A stretch of DNA of 60,573 bases, taken from IMG/VR virus record IMGVR_UViG_3300045988_108426, positions 1-60,573 of that record; one strand, written 5' to 3'. Numbering within the stretch: the stretch's first letter is position 1; each line of letters begins with the position of its first letter. The notes under the pieces were generated by a model. That model did not search any database. It had not been told where the DNA came from and saw nothing but the letters and a program-made list of their open reading frames with translations. The position numbers and the translations under genes are program-made. This stretch comes from a virus. Positions 7,809 to 13,958 of the stretch are shown in pieces.

Positions 7809-7916
7809 TTCTTTTTACCTGTGCTATAATATAGCTACCTTTCTTTTTGATTGGTGGCGGTTCGTTCTTAGTCGGGGCGACCGCCTTTTGTTATTTGTTT
7901 TCTTTTTGTTGTATAT

Positions 7917-7945
7917 ATAATAACAAATGTCACGCACTTATGCAA
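7917..7945 (-). promoter_or_regulatory. Leftward promoter TTGCAT-17-TATTAT with the operator box in its spacer
   Basis: On the minus strand, -35 is at 7945-7940 and -10 at 7922-7917. Spacer 7923-7939 lies within the 14-nt box 7928-7941. Confidence 0.5.
7928..7941. promoter_or_regulatory. Operator box copy 1 (TGTCACGCACTTAT)
   Basis: Exact 14-mer shared with 8004-8017 and 8278-8291. Confidence 0.7.
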
Positions 7946-7962
7946 TAGTAATAATATACAAA

Positions 7963-7976
7963 TATCACGCACTTAT
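7963..7976. promoter_or_regulatory. Operator box copy 2 (TATCACGCACTTAT, 1 mismatch)
   Basis: 13 of 14 match to the box. Confidence 0.6.
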
Positions 7977-7996
7977 TTTGTGCAATTTGTATATTA

Positions 7997-8028
7997 TTGA
8001 CATTGTCACGCACTTATGATATTATAAT
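7997..8028 (+). promoter_or_regulatory. Promoter-operator cassette A: TTGACA + box 8004-8017 + TATTAT/TATAAT, drives the RHH gene
   Basis: TTGACA at 7997-8002, TATTAT at 8020-8025 (17-bp spacer). The 21 nt at 7997-8017 are identical to 8271-8291. Confidence 0.7.
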
Positions 8029-8058
8029 GAATATATATAATATAAGGAGGTCTACAAA

Positions 8059-8256
8059 ATGGCAGAATTAAAAACAACTGACGCTCACAGAAAAGCGGTA
8101 AGAAAGTACGAAAACAGTAACTATAGATTGAATTTGACATTTCCAAAAGGGACAAAAGAAAGAATAGAATCATTACAGTTAAATAAAACAAATTCAGCTT
8201 TTATCAGAGATACAGTTTTGAACAAACTTGATGAACTTGAAAAAATTTTAAAATAA
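8059..8256 (+). CDS. Ribbon-helix-helix (Arc/CopG-like) DNA-binding protein, likely autoregulator
   Basis: 65 aa with a beta-strand YRLNLTFPKG followed by two helices (TKERIESL, SAFIRDTVLNKLDELE). AAGGAGG SD. Repeated operator boxes lie upstream. Confidence 0.65.
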   Translation: MAELKTTDAHRKAVRKYENSNYRLNLTFPKGTKERIESLQLNKTNSAFIRDTVLNKLDELEKILK

Positions 8257-8270
8257 CGCACTGATTAGTA

Positions 8271-8299
8271 TTGACATTGTCACGCACTTATAGTATAAT
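8271..8299 (+). promoter_or_regulatory. Promoter-operator cassette B: TTGACA-17-TATAAT with box 8278-8291 in the spacer
   Basis: Consensus -35 and -10 hexamers with a 17-bp spacer; duplicate of cassette A. Confidence 0.75.
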
Positions 8300-8347
8300 G
8301 AATATATCAAATAAAGAAAGGGCGGCAATGCCGCAAAGGTGAATGTT

Positions 8348-8677
8348 ATGACAAATATTATAAATTTAAACGATACTTTAGGCAGGGTTGATGTTAGGGC
8401 GTTACCTTGCGGAAAAAATCAGAATATAGAGGTCAGGATTGGCAGAAAACTCTACATGGTAGATGTGGACAAGAATGCTTTGCTTGCACACCTTGACTTT
8501 TACAAAAAGGTAAAAGCTGATAGAAAAAAATATTCAAAGTATGACCCAGCGGCGGAAATGATTAGCGTTACGGTGAGAAATGATGTCCGTTTAAATAAAA
8601 AATTTTTTGAAAATATCGAAGAAATCAGCAAAGCACAAACAGTCTATGATAGTTTCGGAAATTTTTTGTATAAATAA
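8348..8677 (+). CDS. Hypothetical protein under cassette B
   Basis: In-frame ATG at 8348 follows AAAGGTGA (the track starts at GTG 8339). 109 aa, no motif recognised. Confidence 0.55.
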   Translation: MTNIINLNDTLGRVDVRALPCGKNQNIEVRIGRKLYMVDVDKNALLAHLDFYKKVKADRKKYSKYDPAAEMISVTVRNDVRLNKKFFENIEEISKAQTVYDSFGNFLYK

Positions 8678-8697
8678 AAAAGTGGGTGTTAGTTTTT

Positions 8698-8724
8698 AGC
8701 GGCTTGAAATATAGCCGCTTTTTT
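8698..8724 (+). terminator. Rho-independent terminator
   Basis: AGCGGCT-tgaaatat-AGCCGCT-TTTTT. Confidence 0.8.
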
Positions 8725-8784
8725 AATACAGTTCTATTTTATAATAATACAGAAAATTGAGTTACGGATAGGGTATATGCCGTT

Positions 8785-8804
8785 ACTCGAAAATCTGTAT
8801 AAAT
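8785..8804. repeat. Iteron copy A (ACTCGAAAATCTGTATAAAT)
   Basis: Related copies at 8839-8858 (direct) and 8951-8969 (inverted, 18 of 19 identical). Partial copies at 8748-8762 and 8814-8828. Confidence 0.75.
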
Positions 8805-8838
8805 CTAGTCTAGTTTCTGTATAATTTTAAAAATACAA

Positions 8839-8858
8839 ACTCGAATTTCTGTATATTT
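8839..8858. repeat. Iteron copy B (ACTCGAATTTCTGTATATTT)
   Basis: Direct repeat of copy A with 3 mismatches. Confidence 0.7.
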
Positions 8859-8950
8859 TTAAAAACAGCATTTTTGTATTGCATTTTTAACAAGTAAATA
8901 AGGGTCCATACTATTTTATTTTGTGCAGTTGTCACAAATATTATGCTATA

Positions 8951-8969
8951 ATTATACAGATTTTCGAGT
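8951..8969. repeat. Iteron copy C (inverted)
   Basis: The reverse complement ACTCGAAAATCTGTATAAT matches copy A. Confidence 0.75.
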
Positions 8970-9093
8970 TTTGCCGATACCCCATATAAGCATCTGTTTC
9001 TGTTACTGTTCTATTACAAAGATTTTATACTGAGATAAAAGTAAATTAAAAGCCAATATATTACATTTAACATAAATATATATTTATATATAG

Positions 9094-9161
9094 CCAGTAC
9101 AGTATATTATAAACCAATACAGTAAATTATATACACATATATAGCCAGTATGTAGATTTAT
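9094..9161. repeat. Three ~17-bp direct repeats CCARTAYRKWRDATTAT
   Basis: CCAGTACAGTATATTAT at 9094, CCAATACAGTAAATTAT at 9114, CCAGTATGTAGATTTAT at 9145. Confidence 0.6.
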
Positions 9162-9184
9162 ATAAATAAAATATATTTAGGGTA

Positions 9185-9213
9185 TTGACAGCATATAAAT
9201 TTAAGTGTATAGT
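9185..9213 (+). promoter_or_regulatory. Promoter TTGACA-17-TATAGT upstream of terS
   Basis: TTGACA at 9185-9190, TATAGT at 9208-9213. Confidence 0.6.
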
Positions 9214-9344
9214 AAACGCATAAAATTTAATAACTTAGCTGTTTAGCACTTGTAAGAGATATATAAACACATGTATAGAGTATGTGTAGAATGTATATCT
9301 TTGCAGGTGCTTTTTTATTTATATAACATACTGGAGGTGAGAAG

Positions 9345-9992
9345 ATGGTAAAGGATGTAGAGCAGAACATAGATGTATTTGAAAATGATGTAGATAAATA
9401 TTTACAGCTTTTTCTTGAAGAACAGGGCATAGAGGATATGAGAACTGAATCACAGAATGTATGGAGTTCTGCATTGATGTACATTCAAAAGCATGTATTT
9501 AAAAACAATAAAATACTTAAAATGACCACACCTCCTGACGGTTATAAAAGTAATGATTACGACAATCAGTACAGTAACTTGAATCAAAGTAACTGCAATG
9601 CATATGATTTAGAGAAGGTAAAACATGTATGCGATATATATATATATGAGTGTATGCTATATGATAAGATACCTACTCAGCAAGGGCTTGTATATATGAC
9701 AGGTATTACAGCTGATACTATATGCAGATGGAAGAAAGATAGTAATGTACTAAGTAAGTCGGGTTCAGAATTTTTGCAAAATCTTTATGATAGCGAGGAA
9801 GAGGCTTTGATGTCTAAAGCGTTCTCACTCAGAAATCCGACCGGAGCACTCGCAGCACTCAATCATAAAAAAGGTTGGCGAGAAGATGGCAAGCTTCATG
9901 TACAGCAAGTCGAACAAAAGACAGCAGCAGAGCTTCCAAGACTTGATACAGCGCCACAAGATGTGGCGGTTATTGAGGATAAAAACCACTAG
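9345..9992 (+). CDS. terS: Terminase small subunit
   Basis: Central HTH-like KIPTQQGLVYMTGITADTICRWKK and C-terminal NPTGALAALNHKKGWRED match the pattern common to Firmicutes phage TerS proteins. GGAGGTGA SD. Confidence 0.65.
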   Translation: MVKDVEQNIDVFENDVDKYLQLFLEEQGIEDMRTESQNVWSSALMYIQKHVFKNNKILKMTTPPDGYKSNDYDNQYSNLNQSNCNAYDLEKVKHVCDIYIYECMLYDKIPTQQGLVYMTGITADTICRWKKDSNVLSKSGSEFLQNLYDSEEEALMSKAFSLRNPTGALAALNHKKGWREDGKLHVQQVEQKTAAELPRLDTAPQDVAVIEDKNH

Positions 9993-10048
9993 ATGTTGTG
10001 CGAATTTTGATAAACTTTAAGATAAACAATAGTTTATCAAAGAGTTGA

Positions 10049-10157
10049 GAAAAGCCGGATGCCGTCACCAACGGCAGGGGGGTGCCCCTCTGGTGAGCTT
10101 GAAAAAATCGCCCCACTAAGTCCCTCAAACAACCTCAAAAACAAAAACCGGCTTTTC
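10049..10157 (+). ncRNA. GC-rich structured element closed by a 10-bp long-range helix; candidate cis-regulatory RNA or sRNA
   Basis: GAAAAGCCGG (10049-10058) pairs with CCGGCTTTTC (10148-10157). Inside are competing hairpins GCCGT-cacca-ACGGC and TCACCA...AGGGG-ggtg-CCCCT...TGGTGA, then an A/C-rich tail. It ends 1 nt before the SD of 10175-10360. Confidence 0.4.
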
Positions 10158-10174
10158 AGGAAAAGGAGTAGTCT

Positions 10175-10360
10175 ATGAGAAGATACACTGTAAAAGAATT
10201 GTTTTCATTGAGACATAATGACATTCCGGTAAGATTTATCTTTAAAAGTTTCTTACTGGTGCAAAATCATATAGTTGATTGGCATTTCCCGAAAGATGGT
10301 AGTAGTCCTAAGAAAGTATATATCGTCCTCAAAGGCAAACATTTAGCAAGATTAGTATGA
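10175..10360 (+). CDS. Hypothetical small protein
   Basis: 61-aa ORF with AAAAGGAG SD. Confidence 0.5.
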   Translation: MRRYTVKELFSLRHNDIPVRFIFKSFLLVQNHIVDWHFPKDGSSPKKVYIVLKGKHLARLV

Positions 10361-10367
10361 GGTGTAT

Positions 10368-10523
10368 ATGATAGCAGAGATTTTGAAAAGATTATTTTGT
10401 AAACATGAATGGGAATTAAAACATTGCATTGCGATACAAGGAGAAAACGATAAAATTCCAGTCGGATATAAAGATGTTTATGTCTGTGAAAAGTGTTTGC
10501 GAAAGCATTTTATAAAATATTAA
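10368..10523 (+). CDS. Hypothetical small Cys-containing protein
   Basis: 51-aa ORF (CKHEW...CEKC), GAGGTG SD, below the track cutoff. Confidence 0.45.
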   Translation: MIAEILKRLFCKHEWELKHCIAIQGENDKIPVGYKDVYVCEKCLRKHFIKY

Positions 10524-10541
10524 AGCAAAAGGAGAACAAAA

Positions 10542-10874
10542 ATGACTGGCAATGAGTATCAAAAGTTTGCAAACAGAACTTGCAGTATTACAGAAAACAA
10601 AACGGATATGCTGCATCATGCAGTATTCGGTTTAACATCTGAGGCAGGAGAAGTAGCCGGGATGTTACAAAAGGAATATCAGGGGCACGAATTTGATATA
10701 GACCATTTCAAGAAAGAATTAGGAGATTGTACATGGATGATTGCGGAAGCGTGTACTGCGGTCGGAATAACTCTTGACGATGTATTTAACACGAATATCA
10801 AGAAATTAAAGAAACGCTATCCTGATGGTTTTACAACAGAAAATTCACTGCATAGGGCAGAAAATGATATATAA
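10542..10874 (+). CDS. mazG: MazG-like nucleoside triphosphate pyrophosphohydrolase
   Basis: YQKFANRT...GLTSEAGEVAGMLQK...ELGDCTWMIAEACTAVGITLDDV...NIKKLKKRYPDGF is typical of the small all-alpha MazG family. Confidence 0.8.
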   Translation: MTGNEYQKFANRTCSITENKTDMLHHAVFGLTSEAGEVAGMLQKEYQGHEFDIDHFKKELGDCTWMIAEACTAVGITLDDVFNTNIKKLKKRYPDGFTTENSLHRAENDI

Positions 10875-11030
10875 GAGTGAGGTGAAGAGATATGGCAATT
10901 AGAGCACCAACAATTTAAAGTGAAACATTTTTTGAAATTTGTTTAACATTTGTATTTTAATTCATATCTTTAGTACTTCATAAAAATATTACATATCACA
11001 TCCGCAAGGCAATAACAGTCTTGCGGGACA

Positions 11031-11102
11031 ATGGGCATCGCCAAGAGGTTAAGGCATAGCACTTTGACTGCTACATCATGGGTTCAAATCCCATTGCCCC
11101 AG
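11031..11102 (+). tRNA. tRNA-Gln (anticodon UUG) with a defective acceptor stem
   Basis: D arm GCCA/AGGC; anticodon stem TAGCA/TGCTA with loop CTTTGAC; T arm ATGGG-TTCAAAT-CCCAT. The 3' acceptor TGCCCCA requires TGGGGCA, but the 5' strand reads A-TGGGCA (one G short). Confidence 0.6.
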
Positions 11103-11358
11103 TTTGGCAAGATGCCATCTTTGTTTTTCTTCTTGCAAAATCGCGGAGAAAAACTCCTTTCCCACACTAGCGGAATGCTGATTAAAGAGCCATCGCACGG
11201 CTTGGTGTGGTTGTTCGGGAGTCTATCCCACGATGCCCGAACTTACATACTTTTTCCGTACTGGACTAATGTAGTTCCATTACAACTTTCACACCCACCC
11301 ATAACACACAGGTGCTTGCATACCATCTTAAAAGCCTATACAGAGGTGTATGCAATTT

Positions 11359-11430
11359 TGGCATATAGCTCAGTGGTAGAGCGACAGATTGTTAATCTGT
11401 AGGTCGCAGGTTCGATACCTGCTATGCCAG
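11359..11430 (+). tRNA. tRNA-Asn (anticodon GUU)
   Basis: TGGCATA-TA-GCTC-AGTGGTA-GAGC-G-ACAGA-TTGTTAA-TCTGT-AGGTC-GCAGG-TTCGATA-CCTGC-TATGCCA-G; all stems are canonical. Confidence 0.9.
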
Positions 11431-11622
11431 TTGGTGATGTTGTCAGTACACTCCTAGTGCGTTTATTATAGAAATGCAGGTGCTAATCAATATACCGGTT
11501 AAACTTAGCACAGGGAACTGAATTGAGTGGTTGTTATTCAAAAGATAGCGTTAACCGCTGACTAAAAGAACCTTACACTTAGGGCAGTGTGGAGTAAGTA
11601 AAAACGGAAACTGACCAGTTAT

Positions 11623-11705
11623 GCAGATATGGTGTAATGGTATCACAGTAGCTTGCTAAGCTATCCAGCAGAAATGCTGTCAAGGTTCGAATCCTTGTGT
11701 CTGCG
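11623..11705 (+). tRNA. tRNA-Ser (anticodon GCU), class II
   Basis: Acceptor GCAGATA/TGTCTGC; anticodon stem GTAGC/GCTAT with loop TTGCTAA; long variable arm CAGCA-GAAA-TGCTG; T arm CAAGG-TTCGAAT-CCTTG. Confidence 0.85.
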
Positions 11706-11901
11706 TTATGTCAACGCTTGTGCAGAAGCCAATGTCGGCAAAGAAACCTGTATGGGTGTTACCTGTTGCAAAGTGATTGCTATGTGTGGTTCAAATCCAC
11801 ACCACATCAATTCGAGTGGGAACGCATATCAATGTTCGTAGTGGGGATATGCAATGCTGTGAGTTGAGAAACCTGTTTTAGCAGCTAATTAAACTATATA
11901 A

Positions 11902-11981
11902 CGGATAGTAGTTCAGTTGGGAGAAACCCACTGCGGTAATGGTAGCGGAGGGAGTCACAGGTTCGAGCCCTGTCTATCCGA
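11902..11981 (+). tRNA. tRNA-like gene with a non-canonical anticodon arm (isotype undetermined; body resembles tRNA-Pro)
   Basis: Perfect acceptor CGGATAG/CTATCCG, D arm GTTC-AGTTGGGA-GAAA, T arm ACAGG-TTCGAGC-CCTGT. The anticodon arm is 24 nt (CC-A-CTGC-GGTAATGGTA-GCGG-A-GG), i.e. an extended stem with a 10-nt loop. Confidence 0.5.
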
Positions 11982-12720
11982 TGGCAATATGCTGTTGTTT
12001 ACTGACGGCATATTGAATAACCAAATAATATGCCTACGCAAAAATACTAGTTACGACGCGGGTGGTTTACTATATATCTAATCAATATAATTCTCTGACA
12101 GCATAGTGCAATTTAATGGTGCAAGTCCATATGTCAGAATTAAATATGATTAACTCAGTGCAGAGAGGTTTTTCAACCTTGCTGAGGTATGCAAGTAACG
12201 AGATAGGTAAAGTCGAGATATTGATTTTACTGATTTTGATTCTTTCAGTAAAAAGTGATTTTTATTGAGAAGACGAAAATCGTCAACAATGCTTGCATAG
12301 CGTATCATCATAAAGAAGTCAAAAGTAAAAAACTTGTGGCTGACGAATAATAGACGCTTGCAGTGCAAGAATAATCCGGTGATGTGAGTAGTGTGAGAGA
12401 CTACAGACTATATGCGGAAAATCTCATTAAGTCAGTTTGCCTTGAAACTGAGAAATCAGTGTATAACACAAGAAGTTTGTTAAAGTAGCGGTATGGCAAC
12501 TTGGCATTTGAAAACGACATTATTACAAACAAAATGGTGGTTGTTTATATAACAAGATTATTTCTGAAAGAACCGTGAAATTTATGAGTACCAATCTCAT
12601 ATGTGCTTGAAAGCGGCAAGAAGCCTAAGGTCGCTCCTGAAAGCTCAGACTTGCTGTCACATTGACCGAATATGACTGTATCTATGATGGATAAAGGGAA
12701 ACCTTAATCGTATTTATCAA
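11982..12720 (+). ncRNA. Candidate large structured ncRNA (ROOL/GOLLD-like context) between two tRNA genes
   Basis: 739 nt without a credible ORF on either strand, co-oriented with the tRNAs, and dense in short perfect hairpins, some with GAAA loops (details in findings). Confidence 0.4.
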
Positions 12721-12804
12721 GGGAAAGTATGCCTAGTGGCGAGGGCATCTGACTGTAAATCAGACACATTAGAAACAACGGCGGTTCGATTCCGTCCTTT
12801 CCCT
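12721..12804 (+). tRNA. tRNA-Tyr (anticodon GUA), class II
   Basis: Acceptor GGGAAAG/CTTTCCC; anticodon stem TCTGA/TCAGA with loop CTGTAAA; 15-nt variable region; T arm GGCGG-TTCGATT-CCGTC. Confidence 0.85.
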
Positions 12805-12872
12805 TTGCTTTCATATTGAGGACAAATTATAAACGGGTTTAAAATCCCTCCTTGGAAAATATGTCTGATAGA

Positions 12873-12918
12873 AGAGTAGGCGATGTGCTTTTTTTCGGTT
12901 CGATTCCGGACTACTCTT
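12873..12918 (+). ncRNA. Second tRNA-like acceptor/T-arm minihelix
   Basis: AGAGTAG-14 nt-TTCGG-TTCGATT-CCGGA-CTACTCT-T: a 7-bp acceptor-like stem plus a canonical T arm, with no D or anticodon arms. Lies 28 nt upstream of the DUF1599 gene. Confidence 0.55.
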
Positions 12919-12945
12919 TAATAATTTATGTGAGAGGTAAGAAAG

Positions 12946-13464
12946 ATGGATAATTTGGAACAACACAAAATACTTTTACAACAGATACATGATACATATG
13001 TCAAGAAAAATCATGATTATGGCGATAGCTTTAGTCGTTCATTTAAGAAATATGGATTAGTAGCGGCTATGGTTCGCATGGAAGATAAATGGAACAGACT
13101 TGATAATATGGCAACAGGAGCAGAACGGAAAGTTGCTGACGAAACTATAAGAGATACGCTGCTAGACCTTGCTGGATATTGCGTTATGACAACGATGGAA
13201 CTGGACAGAGAGAAAGACAACGCAAATCAAAAAGCATTTGAAGAACAGGTTCGGGATGAATATACCGAAGTTTTTGGAGAAGATAACGAGAACGAAAATG
13301 AAGAAACAGATACTTCTAATAAAACATCAGCGGAAAAGAGTTCTATTGATGTAGGCAAGGTAATGGCTTTACACAATGCCAAATGGTCGCAAGCAAAGAT
13401 TGCTGATGAAATGGGGTGTTCACAAAGTATGGTTTGTAAGATTATCAAAAAATATAAACAGTGA
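12946..13464 (+). CDS. DUF1599 (nucleotide-modification-associated domain 1-like) protein with C-terminal HTH
   Basis: KKNHDYGDSF...RMEDKWNRLDN...ADETIRDTLLDLAGYCVM fits the DUF1599 signature. The C-terminal KIADEMGCSQSMVCKIIKKY is HTH-like. Confidence 0.6.
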   Translation: MDNLEQHKILLQQIHDTYVKKNHDYGDSFSRSFKKYGLVAAMVRMEDKWNRLDNMATGAERKVADETIRDTLLDLAGYCVMTTMELDREKDNANQKAFEEQVRDEYTEVFGEDNENENEETDTSNKTSAEKSSIDVGKVMALHNAKWSQAKIADEMGCSQSMVCKIIKKYKQ

Positions 13465-13475
13465 GGTAGTAGGTA

Positions 13476-13958
13476 ATGGATTTTGAAGAATTAACAAGAA
13501 AAATAACTGACATAAAAGATAAAGAGATGGCTATGGAGTTTACACAAACTATTGGTAAATTATTAAAAGAAAACGGAGTGACAGTGCATTGTTCAGAATG
13601 TGAACAGAGCATTATGACTGGAGGCTTATTAGAGATTGTTTTTGATAAACTTGATTTTACTGAGCATGACAAAAAGTTTATAGATGAAATCGAGTGCTGG
13701 AAGAAAAAATGCAGTGATTTAAGTAACTACAACAAACAATTAAAATATGACTTGGAAAAATGTGAAAATAAGAAAAACGAAAACAAAGAGTTACCGTTTG
13801 ACCCACTAGAAGTTGTCGATATGCTCATCAATGAAACATGTGAACACAGTATTCCGCTTACAGGGAGAAAAATTGAAAGCAGTAAGTATGAAATTGACGA
13901 GTTAGAACAGATTGCGGAGCATTTGCTTGTGTATTGTAAACACAACAAAGAGGAATGA
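13476..13958 (+). CDS. Hypothetical protein
   Basis: 160-aa ORF, co-oriented and tightly packed. Confidence 0.55.
   Translation: MDFEELTRKITDIKDKEMAMEFTQTIGKLLKENGVTVHCSECEQSIMTGGLLEIVFDKLDFTEHDKKFIDEIECWKKKCSDLSNYNKQLKYDLEKCENKKNENKELPFDPLEVVDMLINETCEHSIPLTGRKIESSKYEIDELEQIAEHLLVYCKHNKEE

Noticed and set aside
7855-7886. GC-rich hairpin GGCGGT-18 nt-ACCGCC followed by TTTTGTTATTTG, as a terminator
   Set aside because: No plus-strand gene lies upstream to terminate. On the minus strand it sits in the 5' leader of the leftward operon without a U-tract. Function is unclear, so it is not called.
11031-11402. 123-aa ORF from the track (also 11653-11841 and the antisense 12150-12368) in the tRNA island
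   Set aside because: These ORFs run straight through tRNA genes or structured spacers, lack SD sequences and have odd composition. The region is better explained as RNA genes.
11779-11797. A possible sixth tRNA suggested by GTGTGG-TTCAAAT-CCACAC
   Set aside because: No complementary acceptor strand, D arm or anticodon arm can be drawn within 90 nt upstream. It is kept only as a T-loop-like hairpin within the spacer finding.
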